From Minisyncoccota bacterium (GTDB lineage Bacteria > Patescibacteriota > Minisyncoccia > Phycocordibacterales > UBA9973), in the NCBI GenBank assembly GCA_041648595.1, contig JBAZOQ010000002.1, positions 10,446 to 74,445 of the forward strand: a DNA stretch of 64,000 nucleotides, read 5' to 3'. Position numbers and translations under genes: made by a program. Position 1 is the stretch's first letter; each line of letters starts with the position of its first letter. A model generated the notes under the pieces. It was not told the DNA's origin. It searched no databases and was given only the letters and a program-made list of their open reading frames with translations. This document shows positions 37,704 through 50,418 of the stretch, piece after piece.

Positions 37704-38414
37704 TTAAAACTGATTAAATCTTAAATCTCCTTGATAAGCTGGACGAATATCTGGCATTCCATATTTAATTACCATAAGTCTTTCAAGTCCTGGACCAAAT
37801 GCAAATCCTTGATATTTTATAGGGTCAATTCCACAATTTTTTAAAACATTTGGATGAACCATTCCTGCACCACCCATTTCAAGCCATTTACCATTAAATT
37901 TCAAATCAAATTCAATAGATGGTTCTGTAAAAGGAAAAAAACTAGGACGAAATCGCAAATCAACATCACTCCCTAATATTTTTTTATAAAAATAAGAAAG
38001 AGTTCCTTTTAAGTGTGCCATGTCTATATCCTCCCCTATCATAAGTCCCTCGATTTGATAAAATTGCATTTCATGTGTCGCATCTGTCGCTTCATTTCTA
38101 AAACATTTTCCAGGAGCAATAATTGCGAAAGGTGGTTTACCACCAGATTTCACAAGATTTTCCATGTAACGAATTTGAACAGAAGAAGTATGAGTCCTTA
38201 AAACCTTATCCGTTTCCCCTTTTATAAAAAAAGTATCTTGCATATCACGAGCTGGATGATCTTTGGGAATATTTAATGCATCAAAATTGTGCCAAATATC
38301 TTCTAATTCTGGACCAGTAGCGACTTCAAAACCAAGCTCAGTAAAAATTTTTACTGCTTCGTTTATAATTATTGAAAGTGGATGTTCTTTTCCCTTTTTT
38401 GATTCTTCGCTCAT
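37704..38414 (-). CDS. pheS: Phenylalanyl-tRNA synthetase alpha subunit (catalytic core only)
   Basis: HPARDMQDTF, LRTHTS, RFRPSFFPFTEPS, GFAFGPGLERL. Confidence 0.95.
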   Translation of the reverse strand: MSEESKKGKEHPLSIIINEAVKIFTELGFEVATGPELEDIWHNFDALNIPKDHPARDMQDTFFIKGETDKVLRTHTSSVQIRYMENLVKSGGKPPFAIIAPGKCFRNEATDATHEMQFYQIEGLMIGEDIDMAHLKGTLSYFYKKILGSDVDLRFRPSFFPFTEPSIEFDLKFNGKWLEMGGAGMVHPNVLKNCGIDPIKYQGFAFGPGLERLMVIKYGMPDIRPAYQGDLRFNQF

Positions 38415-38536
38415 TAAAAAAATATATCACAAAAAAAGCTTTTCTGCTATATGGATTACCATATAGCAATGGCACTCAGACATCAAATAAATAAACAAAT
38501 TTGTTTGTGCTCCTCGTTTTTTGCTATAATAAAAAC

Positions 38537-38632
38537 ATGAAAAAAATCGAATGGATTTTAATTATCTTAATAATTCTATTTGCAATATTAGGCCTTTATT
38601 TAGGGTGGCTAGATAATGGTCCTAGTTTTTAA
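38537..38632 (+). CDS. 31-aa single-TM peptide
   Basis: MKKIEWILIILIILFAILGLYLGWLDNGPSF*, 6 nt after an extended -10 TGCTATAAT. Confidence 0.5.
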   Translation: MKKIEWILIILIILFAILGLYLGWLDNGPSF

Positions 38633-40122
38633 TCTAATTCATTTAGGTGTTTCCAAATAGCATACATAGCATATGTATCAAGTTTACAGTAAGTCTTTAA
38701 ATGCTCAATCTTCTCTAGTGCTTCTTCTTTTGTATAAAAACCACTAACAATTTTATTCCATGCATCTGAAGCTGTAGCTCCTTCTTGTATGTCAAGAACT
38801 TTATAAGACAATTCTGGAGCAATCACTGGCAATATATATTTAATAGAAGTTTTACCCTTAAATTTTGGATGAATATAATATTGTTCAGAAAAAATATCCA
38901 TAAGGTCAATCATTCTAGAATTTATATTTTCTAGAGCTATTTTATATTCAGGATTTCTTTTTGCAAGATCCTTGTTTCTTCCCATTTCAAAACTCTTATT
39001 CCAAACAATAATAGACCCACTACTAGGTAATTTTTCTATAAGAGCTAAAATAAATTCTTCATCTGGATTTTTATTCTTAGTAAAAATAAATTCAGAATGT
39101 TTTGGTTCACTATTTTTATCTGAAAGTAAGTGCAAGGAAAATTGAAAAGTTATCTGATTATAGGGACTGAAACCAGTAAATCTTGGAATTCCTGCTGCAA
39201 AAGTTTCATAATCCAAGAAAGACAGAGGCATAATCATAATATCTAAAAAACTTTTAATTTCTTCTTTTTTTATAAATATTTTATTCAATTGTGTCGCTAT
39301 GACTTGATTTTTTTGTTTATCACTTAATGGGAAATCTTCTGGTACATCTTCAATAAGAAAAATACTACTATCAATCAATTCTTCCAATTTCTTTTTTGAC
39401 ATTCCAATACGAGAAATATCATGAACACTATAATCAGGTATGTGTGGATTTGAATAAGAAAAAGTAGTGCAATGAGAACTTCTACCACGAATAACACATT
39501 TACAAGGACCAAAAGGCTCTTTTTCCTCTGCTAAAAATTTTTGTGCAACTTTCATTTCTTCTTCAACTATGGGAATAATCCCAAAAACTCTTTCTGTAAA
39601 ATCTTCTTTCAAAAAAAGTTGATTTATATCAAGCTCAACACCCCTTACATATTCGTTATTAAATCTTACAAGAAATAATTTACCCATTGGTACATTTAAT
39701 TTTTTCAACACCAAATATTGAAAAGCTATATCATAACTATAAAGTTTATCTTTTGCCCCTTTGTCTTCCCCACTATTAGAGGCTTTGACTTCATATAAAT
39801 CATAAACCTGAGAATTTGAATTCCACACTAAAATATCACATATAGTTTTATATAAATCTGTTTCAAATACTGGTTGATAAATCACAGACGTTTTAGCTTT
39901 TATAAGTTTTTCTGTTTCTTCCATAGCGTCACCATCATCAACTAAAATACCATTTGGAAATAAATCTCGAGCAAGAATATCAACTTCATTACCTGTTTCT
40001 ATTATTCCTTGATCAAAAGCAGATAATGGTTCGGCAAAATAAATATCCGGCTTGTGTATCTTCAGCCAAGCATTCTTTGCACAGTCTTTCCATATGAGAA
40101 AATCAGTTTTGGTTAATTTCAT
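38629..40122 (-). CDS. DUF2779-type protein (PD-(D/E)xK nuclease-like N-terminus, DnaQ/RNase H-like C-terminus)
   Basis: CDIL..LYEVKAS..DIAFQ; FLDYET, WNKSFE, IDLM, SIKYILP, YCKLDT. Confidence 0.8.
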   Translation of the reverse strand: MKLTKTDFLIWKDCAKNAWLKIHKPDIYFAEPLSAFDQGIIETGNEVDILARDLFPNGILVDDGDAMEETEKLIKAKTSVIYQPVFETDLYKTICDILVWNSNSQVYDLYEVKASNSGEDKGAKDKLYSYDIAFQYLVLKKLNVPMGKLFLVRFNNEYVRGVELDINQLFLKEDFTERVFGIIPIVEEEMKVAQKFLAEEKEPFGPCKCVIRGRSSHCTTFSYSNPHIPDYSVHDISRIGMSKKKLEELIDSSIFLIEDVPEDFPLSDKQKNQVIATQLNKIFIKKEEIKSFLDIMIMPLSFLDYETFAAGIPRFTGFSPYNQITFQFSLHLLSDKNSEPKHSEFIFTKNKNPDEEFILALIEKLPSSGSIIVWNKSFEMGRNKDLAKRNPEYKIALENINSRMIDLMDIFSEQYYIHPKFKGKTSIKYILPVIAPELSYKVLDIQEGATASDAWNKIVSGFYTKEEALEKIEHLKTYCKLDTYAMYAIWKHLNELD

Positions 40123-41264
40123 ACAGTATTTATTTTTAATAAATCTTTTATGGCATCATCAAGTTTTTCAATTAATTCGATTTTTGTTTTCCTGTCTTCG
40201 GTTTTTATTGGATGAGCTATATTATGCCTAAGACGACTAACATAAGAAAGCTTCCATTTTATTGTATTATCATTACTATATTCTGTTTTATTTGATATTT
40301 TTGATAAAATAAATTTTTCAAAAACCTCTCCTTCTAATTTTGAATTATCTTTAACAAATTGATACAATTCGAGAAAATATGTTTTACTTGGTAATCTAAA
40401 AACCAAATAATTTATTTCTGATGAAGATTTGTAGGGCAAAGATCTTTCTTCTAAAATTTCTTTTACTTTTGTAGCATTATCCGTACCAGACCTATCAACC
40501 CTATAAATCTTAAAATCTTTTCCTAAATCAATAAAGTATGGATCATGTGTTGTGATAATCACCTTAATCTTTTCATTACTGTTTTCTACAAGGTCAATTA
40601 AGGAATTAAATAAGGTTTCTTTTAATTTGGGATGCAAATAAATTTCTGGTTCTTCAAACACTATATAAGTTAATTTGTTAGAAAACTTTTCCCCTTTTTT
40701 ACTACCTAAATATTTTAATAAAGAAGCTATAATTAATCTTTGTGTTCCTTGACCAACCTCTGACAATTTAATTCCCTCCTTATTAGAATAACAATCCTTG
40801 GTTGTTAAGGAATCAATCAACTTTTTTGCATAAACATCTTTTATTGCCTTTATATAATCATCATTTGTAATTGTATTAATTTTTGTTTTTGCTAAAAGTT
40901 CTGTTTTTTCAACACTAAATTTAGAAAATTCTAATGGCAATAGCTTATCAATATCTTTAACCGCGCTTGTTATGTATTCATCCTTGAAATCAACCTCAAG
41001 TAGCTCTCTTATTGCTAATCTAAATGGGTCTCCTTCAGCTCCAGTTTTAATTTCTACATCAGGCAAAACTCTTTCTGCCGGAATATTTATGACATTAATA
41101 TTGTCCTTCTCTAACTCTTCAATAATAACCTTAATAAGATTTGTTTTTCCTGCATTGTTTTCTCCAGCAAATATAGTAAATAATCCAAGCTCCAATTCTC
41201 CTATATCTTCAGTAAGACTACTGTCCTTTCTTTTTTTTATTGTAATTTTTAAATTTTTTATCAT
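40119..41264 (-). CDS. ABC/AAA_15-type ATPase with putative C-terminal HEPN RNase motif
   Basis: GENNAGKT, GQGTQR, FEEPEIYLHP, ITTH; C-terminal RHNIAH (Rx4H). Confidence 0.8.
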   Translation of the reverse strand: MIKNLKITIKKRKDSSLTEDIGELELGLFTIFAGENNAGKTNLIKVIIEELEKDNINVINIPAERVLPDVEIKTGAEGDPFRLAIRELLEVDFKDEYITSAVKDIDKLLPLEFSKFSVEKTELLAKTKINTITNDDYIKAIKDVYAKKLIDSLTTKDCYSNKEGIKLSEVGQGTQRLIIASLLKYLGSKKGEKFSNKLTYIVFEEPEIYLHPKLKETLFNSLIDLVENSNEKIKVIITTHDPYFIDLGKDFKIYRVDRSGTDNATKVKEILEERSLPYKSSSEINYLVFRLPSKTYFLELYQFVKDNSKLEGEVFEKFILSKISNKTEYSNDNTIKWKLSYVSRLRHNIAHPIKTEDRKTKIELIEKLDDAIKDLLKINTV

Positions 41265-41277
41265 ATTATTTATTTAA

Positions 41278-42060
41278 TTAATTTAAAAATTTTAAAAACT
41301 CATCAAAACACAAAGCACTCATTATATACTGGTCGGGTTTTAATTCATGCAAACTTCTATATAGAGTTGAAGATGCAACCCATGGAACCCCGTCAACTAA
41401 ACCAACTTTTATAACTTTTAGAATCTTTCTTTCTTTCACTAAATTCTTAACTTCTCTAACACTTTTATCTTGTGTTCCTCCAGGGCTACTAACGAATTTT
41501 GACTCTCCTATTATATAAACATTTTTTACTTTTATAACAAAATCTAACCCCTTTTTTCTATCATAATTTAGGTATTTTTTTGCAAAATCTTTCAATTTTT
41601 TATCTCCTCCCTCAAGAGACACAATCCCATTGTTAATTTTCAAAAATTTATCTTCTGGTAAAACTTTATACTGCTTATGAATCCAATGTGAAAAATAATG
41701 ACCAAATTTTCTAGAGGCAGATTTTGGTCTATTTATACCTTCTATTATTCCATCAACGCCGAGCGTTTCCAGCCTTTTAAAAATTCTTTTTACTGTTTTG
41801 GGATTTCTAGATAAAGCTTCTTCAAAATGTCTAATAAATCCTATATAAGGATCATCAAAAGGGAATCTTTTTAACTTAATAAGATAAGATATCAACTCTT
41901 TTGGTTTATGCACATTCAGTAATTTTCTAATTTCTTTTATAGAGTTTTCATCGATTCTGTTTTCTCCACCAGTCTGATTAATAGGATAAATTTCCGAAAT
42001 TTTATCGAGATATCCTTGTTTTTTTGCTATTTCAAAACTTTTTTCTGTCCAAATATTCAT
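41278..42060 (-). CDS. Putative type II restriction endonuclease
   Basis: KGLDFV..IGESKF..GGTQ PD-(D/E)xK-like motif; directly follows the methylase. Confidence 0.75.
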   Translation of the reverse strand: MNIWTEKSFEIAKKQGYLDKISEIYPINQTGGENRIDENSIKEIRKLLNVHKPKELISYLIKLKRFPFDDPYIGFIRHFEEALSRNPKTVKRIFKRLETLGVDGIIEGINRPKSASRKFGHYFSHWIHKQYKVLPEDKFLKINNGIVSLEGGDKKLKDFAKKYLNYDRKKGLDFVIKVKNVYIIGESKFVSSPGGTQDKSVREVKNLVKERKILKVIKVGLVDGVPWVASSTLYRSLHELKPDQYIMSALCFDEFLKFLN

Positions 42061-42062
42061 AT

Positions 42063-43217
42063 TTAAAAGTTAAATGCTGGTTGATTACTGATTGATTTAT
42101 CAATCTTAGTAGAATAAATATAATTTAGCAACTTATAGGTAAAATCAAAACTTATTCTTTTTCTATTATTATCTCTAAAATTTGTTAAAAACAATGATAA
42201 ATGTTTTTCTCTTGCTTCTTGTAATTCTTCATTGAAAAGTTTGATTAATTTTAATTGTTCTTCTATTGGTAAAGGTCTTTTAAACATAAGGTAAGCCATA
42301 TTTCTAGAAGTTTCCTTACCTATCAACCCAAAAACATTATATTTTCTAATATCCTCTAACTGTATTTTTTTACCATTTTTACTATCTATGGCTCTAAGAA
42401 AAATTACATTACTTTTTATGGCATCTTTTAAGGTACTATTTAATCTGTGTTCCTCTATATCTTTTATATTATTGAATGCTAAACGTATACTTGCTGGACC
42501 GTTCTTTAAATCTTTTACAGTTAAACGATATATACCTAATATATTTTTCGCCGAATTAATTTTAGAAATAAACTCACCACCTAGTTGCCATCCATAATTT
42601 TTATTTAACTCTATTTTAACTTTATGGTCATTTGGAAAAATATGAGCATCAAAAACCATCTTATCTTCTTTTTTTTCTTTCTTTTTATAATGAAAAGAAA
42701 TAACATTGTAAGTTGTATCATCAAAAACTTGTTCAGTAAAAATATTAAGCTTTGTTATTTTAAACTTGTCAAAGAAAATTTCTCTAATTTTTTCAGAATT
42801 TTCAGCTGATAAAAAATTAAGTGGAACAACAACAATTCCTTCATTGCTTTTACTGATTGCTTTAAGAGAAACTTGATATAAATCTTCAAAGATAGAATTG
42901 CTCCCAGAGAAACATAAGCTTTTAGTTTTTGAATCAGCTTTATTTTTATGTAAATAGGGTGGGTTTGTAATTACAAAATCATATTCTCTAGGGTTATTTA
43001 AACTATCATTGAAAAAAACTTCTTTTTTATCAACTAATTGTTTATCAACATCAAAACCAATAACAGACTTTGTTTCATGCTTTTTTGCCCATTTCATTAA
43101 ATCTTGAGAACCAGCAAAAGGATCAGTAATATTTTTACCTTTTATAAATTTTTCAAAACCTTGTAAAATATAGTCAGAATTAGTTGTAAAAAATTGTCCA
43201 AGCTGTTTTTTCTGCAT
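42063..43217 (-). CDS. N6-adenine DNA methyltransferase
   Basis: LGQFFT, DPFAGS (motif I), VITNPPY (motif IV). Confidence 0.88.
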   Translation of the reverse strand: MQKKQLGQFFTTNSDYILQGFEKFIKGKNITDPFAGSQDLMKWAKKHETKSVIGFDVDKQLVDKKEVFFNDSLNNPREYDFVITNPPYLHKNKADSKTKSLCFSGSNSIFEDLYQVSLKAISKSNEGIVVVPLNFLSAENSEKIREIFFDKFKITKLNIFTEQVFDDTTYNVISFHYKKKEKKEDKMVFDAHIFPNDHKVKIELNKNYGWQLGGEFISKINSAKNILGIYRLTVKDLKNGPASIRLAFNNIKDIEEHRLNSTLKDAIKSNVIFLRAIDSKNGKKIQLEDIRKYNVFGLIGKETSRNMAYLMFKRPLPIEEQLKLIKLFNEELQEAREKHLSLFLTNFRDNNRKRISFDFTYKLLNYIYSTKIDKSISNQPAFNF

Positions 43218-43245
43218 GTATTTAATTATACCATACAATAACTAA

Positions 43246-43641
43246 TTATTCTGTTGTTACTCCATCAAATTCTGGACCATTTTCTGCCTCAATTTTTGTA
43301 GCTTTGATTATTTGATCTTTATGGTGGGCTGGAGAATAAATAGTATAGAGCTTCAAATCATCTGTACTAGATGTATTAATTATATTATGTTCTGCTCCTG
43401 CTGGAACTACAATAACTGACCCATCAGCAAGTTCATATGAATTACCATCAATAATACATTGACCTTGTCCTTTTTCAAAACGAAAAAATTGATCATTATC
43501 AGAATGAATTTCCATTCCTATATCTTCATTTGGCTTCAAACTCATTAAAACTAATTGACTATGTTTTCCTGTATATAAAACTTTACGAAAATTTGTATTC
43601 TCTATTGCTTCTTTTTCTATATTTGTATTGAATCCTTTCAT
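43246..43641 (-). CDS. Cupin-domain protein
   Basis: EIH..DQFF..G.G..VPAGAEHN. Confidence 0.88.
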   Translation of the reverse strand: MKGFNTNIEKEAIENTNFRKVLYTGKHSQLVLMSLKPNEDIGMEIHSDNDQFFRFEKGQGQCIIDGNSYELADGSVIVVPAGAEHNIINTSSTDDLKLYTIYSPAHHKDQIIKATKIEAENGPEFDGVTTE

Positions 43642-43733
43642 GTTAATATACTTCTAATAATTAATAAAAAAAACCGACTTATTGTAAGTTTAACATATTT
43701 AAAAATATAATACTTTAAAAGTATAATTTATAT

Positions 43734-44654
43734 TTAAATTTTTTTAGGAAATATAATTGAAAGAATGATCGATAAACAAAGAGCACACATTATAACTCCA
43801 AACGAAATCAAGGAAGATATGTGTAAACCAAATATTCCAGAAAACATTTTTAAGCCAATAAACAATAAAATAACTGCTAAACCTTTTTGTAGATGATGAA
43901 AACGATGCAATATGTTTTCAATTAAGAAAAATAACGCTCGTAACCCCATAATCGCAAAAATATTAGAAGTAAATACAATAAATAAATTCTGCGAGATAGC
44001 AAATACTGCTGGAATAGAATCAACAGCAAAAATAATATCCGTTGTTTCTACCATTAAAACGATCATAAATAATGAAGTAAAATAAAATTTACCATTCTCC
44101 CTAAAAAAGAATTTACCGTTATGGTGATTATTAGTGAAGGGTAAAATTTTATGAGCAAATTTTATAATTTTATTATTATTAAAATCTATATGTTCTTCTT
44201 TTTTATCATATAATAATTTAATACCCGTATAAACAAGTATTACTCCAAAAACATATAATATCCAATAAAACTGATGAATCAAATACGATCCTGCTCCTAT
44301 AAAAACTCCTCGGAAAATTATAGCCCCTAAAATACCCCAAAATAAAGCTCTATGATGATATTTTTCTTCTAGTTTAAAAAAACTAAAAATCAACATTATA
44401 ACAAACAAGTTATCTACAGATAACATCTTCTCTGTAACATACGCACTAATAAACTCAGCAGCTAATTCTTTGCTCATATACAAAGAAATTAAAAAACTAA
44501 AAACCAACGCTATCACAACCCAAAATAAAGATTGATAAAATGCTGGTTTAAATTCTACTTTATGATTTCTCCTATTAAAATACCCAAGATCTAATACTAG
44601 AAATCCTACAATAATAACACAAAATAAAATAATCAGATTTGTCTGTGCATCCAT
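43734..44654 (-). CDS. TerC/Alx-family membrane protein
   Basis: EKMLSVDNLFV, DIIFAVDSIPA, SNIFAIMGLRAL. Confidence 0.92.
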   Translation of the reverse strand: MDAQTNLIILFCVIIVGFLVLDLGYFNRRNHKVEFKPAFYQSLFWVVIALVFSFLISLYMSKELAAEFISAYVTEKMLSVDNLFVIMLIFSFFKLEEKYHHRALFWGILGAIIFRGVFIGAGSYLIHQFYWILYVFGVILVYTGIKLLYDKKEEHIDFNNNKIIKFAHKILPFTNNHHNGKFFFRENGKFYFTSLFMIVLMVETTDIIFAVDSIPAVFAISQNLFIVFTSNIFAIMGLRALFFLIENILHRFHHLQKGLAVILLFIGLKMFSGIFGLHISSLISFGVIMCALCLSIILSIIFPKKI

Positions 44655-44680
44655 GAAAATATATTTTTATATTAATTATT

Positions 44681-45178
44681 CTATTTAAATAAAGTATGTT
44701 TTTGAATAAAAGATGTATTCTCCCACCATTTACCTAAACCTAAATACTGACTAGAGTTTGTTAAAATAAGAACTATTATTATCAATATATACACTATATG
44801 TTCATCTATAAATGGATTATTTGCTGGAAATATTCCAATTGCCGTATACATAAGAAACAACATTACTATTCCAGAAAGACCACCCAGTTTCATAAAAACA
44901 CCAAAAACAAGTGAAATACCAACAAAAAGTAAACCTAGCATAAACAACCAATCTACTAATTGAGATCCAGCAATACTTTGAAAAAATGTAGCGAAAGGAC
45001 CATGAACACCAAATTTCAAAAATCCAGTTGTTGGAGAACCACCAGATACCCATGCACCTTCCGGTGTAGTAGCAAAACCAAGTCCATATAATTTATCTAC
45101 AAATACCCAAAGAAAAATCCAACCCATTATTATTCTTAATAATCCTAAAAAATATTGCACTTTATTATTTTGTTCCAT
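44681..45178 (-). CDS. DoxX-family membrane protein
   Basis: LLRIIMGWIFLW..DK..W..GGSPT..NPFIDEH. Confidence 0.85.
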   Translation of the reverse strand: MEQNNKVQYFLGLLRIIMGWIFLWVFVDKLYGLGFATTPEGAWVSGGSPTTGFLKFGVHGPFATFFQSIAGSQLVDWLFMLGLLFVGISLVFGVFMKLGGLSGIVMLFLMYTAIGIFPANNPFIDEHIVYILIIIVLILTNSSQYLGLGKWWENTSFIQKHTLFK

Positions 45179-45256
45179 AAGATAATTTTAGCACAAATAA
45201 AAAACATATGTTATATGGTTTCCTTTTTTGTTTAAATAAGGTAGATTAAAGAATAT

Positions 45257-45343
45257 GGAGGCGTCGCATAGCGGTCTAGTGCACCATCTTGGAAAGGTGG
45301 CAGGCTCGAAAGGGTCTCGAGAGTTCAAATCTCTCCGCCTCCG
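45257..45343 (+). tRNA. tRNA-Ser(GGA)
   Basis: GGAGGCG/CGCCTCC acceptor stem, CCATC-TTGGAAA-GGTGG anticodon arm, long variable arm, GTTCAAATC T-loop; CCA not encoded. Confidence 0.95.
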
Positions 45344-45347
45344 CAGA

Positions 45348-45869
45348 TTAAATTTTAACTAGTGCTTGTTTAGGATAATTTAGTGAAAAGAACTCTTTTG
45401 AAACAACCCACTTATTTATCAATGGACTTAAAGTAAGTGCAAAACCGATATTTCCCGCTAAATGTAATGCGGTAAAAGGAATTTGCATAACTAATGCATT
45501 TAATATAGTCTGTCCAAATATTGGAGCAAATAAAACTCCAGTGACTAAATCAAAAATTATCGTTGCAAAAAATGAAAATAAAGCAAAATGAAATATTGAT
45601 GTTTTAAATTTATTAAAATAAATTGAAGAAAATGCTCCAATTATTCCATAAGTAATTCCAACTATCCAAGTCCAAGACCCAAAATTAGTAAAAACATCAA
45701 ATAAAAAAATACTAAGAAAACCGAAAAGAAAACCGAAAAAAATTCCATATTTACGCCCCAAAGGCATAATAGAAGCCATTATTGGCTCTACATTAGGAGC
45801 TCTTAGTGGAATTAACCTAAATAAAAGACATCCGGTAAATATAATGACTATTTTAAATTTATCTTTCAT
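45348..45869 (-). CDS. ECF-transporter S-component-like membrane protein
   Basis: FRLIP..PNVEPI..; about 6 TM helices; PF..LHLAGN. Confidence 0.7.
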   Translation of the reverse strand: MKDKFKIVIIFTGCLLFRLIPLRAPNVEPIMASIMPLGRKYGIFFGFLFGFLSIFLFDVFTNFGSWTWIVGITYGIIGAFSSIYFNKFKTSIFHFALFSFFATIIFDLVTGVLFAPIFGQTILNALVMQIPFTALHLAGNIGFALTLSPLINKWVVSKEFFSLNYPKQALVKI

Positions 45870-45947
45870 CCCGTTAGAAATTTCCATAAAATTCTTATTT
45901 TCTTCAAATTAAACTAATAAACTTGTATCCTATTATTTCTAACGGGA
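45870..45947. mobile_element. CCCGTTAG MITE at start codon
   Basis: TIR CCCGTTAGAAAT/ATTTCTAACGGG; TTCAT duplicated at 45865-45869 and 45948-45952. Confidence 0.75.
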
Positions 45948-45958
45948 TTCATGAAGTT

Positions 45959-48554
<2,596 letters not shown>

Positions 48555-48570
<16 letters not shown>

Positions 48571-49097
48571 TTAAATAAATTCTCAGAAAAAACAATACGT
48601 TGCGTTCCAGACCTTTGTATCCATTCAACCTCTGAATAAATTTTTAATTCTCCATCTCCAACTACGTCTGTCCAAATTTTACGTGTAAAACCAGAATCCT
48701 CACCACTTGAAGTGGTATTATAATTTCCATTATCTAAATAAATTTTACAAACACTAGGATTAGAAGTACATTTAGAAATGACAATCGGATTAGTCGTACT
48801 AAAACCACATTCATTACCTAAATTACATGGATTAAATTCTATTTTAAATTTATCCCAATCCTTACCAGATCCTAAGGTACTATATAAAACATAAGTATCT
48901 CGCATATTTCTAATATATTCAATTCCCTCTTGAGCTAAATATCCAGCCAATATTTTCTTTTTAACATTATTTATATCTGAAATTCCATTACCTAAAACAG
49001 ACATCAAAAGAATAATAGATACCGTAAAAATAGAAATAGCAACAAGTGTCTCTATCAAAGTAAACCCGCTTGAAATTTTTTTACATATTTTTTTCAT
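48555..49097 (-). CDS. PilV-like minor pilin
   Basis: GFTLIETLVAI...LAQEGIE. Confidence 0.85.
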
Positions 49098-49098
49098 A

Positions 49099-49761
49099 TT
49101 ATGGTGTCGTTGGTATATAAATATCTATTAATCTTTGTGATACTGAAGTTTGCAAAGAGAAAGGTGTAATTAAATTATTCCGTGATCTAATTTCTCCAAC
49201 TAATTTAATTGTTACAAAAGGTTGTTGCTGGTCTCCTACTCCCTCTACTTCTGGTGCCTCTGCACCAGTTATTACAAAACTACTCTTTACTCCATCTATT
49301 ATTACTTCTTCGGAATTTAATTTCACAAAACTTCGTACACCATCTACACTATCTGTGGACTTACTAATATTAAAAATACCACCACCATCCTCGGAATCAA
49401 TTTTATATACCCATTGATCTCTATAATCATTTGGATTACCATTTGCATATTCAAATGCAATTCCCCAACAACTCTGACCACTTTTTGCTTTTACTATGTT
49501 TAAATCAGATAAATCATCAATAGAATTAATACAACGATAATTATAACCAGTTCTTATGTTTTTAGACATATCCTCCATAATAAAACTTAAATTATCCATA
49601 ATAGAGCGCATATCTTGAGACTTCGTATGAACAACATTAGCATTTAAAAGAGCATCCATACCAACTGCTATAATTATCAAAAAAATTGAAACAGCTATCA
49701 TGGTTTCTATTATTGTATATCCCCTTATATTAATATTTTTTTGTAATTTTAATTTATACAT
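49099..49761 (-). CDS. PilW-like minor pilin
   Basis: GYTIIETMIA prepilin motif. Confidence 0.85.
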   Translation of the reverse strand: MYKLKLQKNINIRGYTIIETMIAVSIFLIIIAVGMDALLNANVVHTKSQDMRSIMDNLSFIMEDMSKNIRTGYNYRCINSIDDLSDLNIVKAKSGQSCWGIAFEYANGNPNDYRDQWVYKIDSEDGGGIFNISKSTDSVDGVRSFVKLNSEEVIIDGVKSSFVITGAEAPEVEGVGDQQQPFVTIKLVGEIRSRNNLITPFSLQTSVSQRLIDIYIPTTP

Positions 49762-49762
49762 A

Positions 49763-50413
49763 TTATTCTATTTGAACTCTACCAGAAGGATAAACTCTTA
49801 TATGTGCTGTGAAAGGATTTGAGCCAGAAGAAGATACAGTAATTCTCGCATATTCAAAACTACTACAAAAAGAATATCCACTTGAATCACTAATAAAAGC
49901 ACTGGAATCTGGTCGTTTAAAAACAATACTTAAATCATCTACCTCCCCACAACCAAAAGCTTCTAATTTAGTTATACTGTTGTTTTTAGTAATTCTAATA
50001 TGATCTAAAATTGAATCTGAAGAAAGCTTATTATAATAATTATTAATATTGTCAAAACTAGTGAAATAAATAATTTCTTTATTAAATGTCACAGCTGGAG
50101 AAATACTAGTATCTAAATCTGTAGATGATGAATTAAAATAAAGTCCATAAGAAGGTTTCCATTGATTATTAGCTGCAAGAATATTTTGTTGATCAACAGT
50201 AGGCAATTCACCAGACAATGCTGCTTTTTGTACTTCAATTATTTTAGAAGCAATATCATTTGCCAAAATTTTTATATCTACCTTTGCTTGAAAATCACCA
50301 TAATTAAAAAGAACAACAGAAGTTAATACAGAGAAAATACTTAAAACTACAATAAGTTCTACATAAGTCATTCCCCTATTTAGCTTATAACTTTTAGCCT
50401 TTAGCTTATACAT
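49763..50413 (-). CDS. FimT/GspH-like minor pilin
   Basis: GMTYVELIVV prepilin motif. Confidence 0.85.
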   Translation of the reverse strand: MYKLKAKSYKLNRGMTYVELIVVLSIFSVLTSVVLFNYGDFQAKVDIKILANDIASKIIEVQKAALSGELPTVDQQNILAANNQWKPSYGLYFNSSSTDLDTSISPAVTFNKEIIYFTSFDNINNYYNKLSSDSILDHIRITKNNSITKLEAFGCGEVDDLSIVFKRPDSSAFISDSSGYSFCSSFEYARITVSSSGSNPFTAHIRVYPSGRVQIE

Positions 50414-50418
50414 AATTT

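Noticed and set aside
45257-45343. tRNA-Ser as an integration site for a prophage or island
   Set aside because: No duplicated tRNA 3' end or integrase seen in the window.
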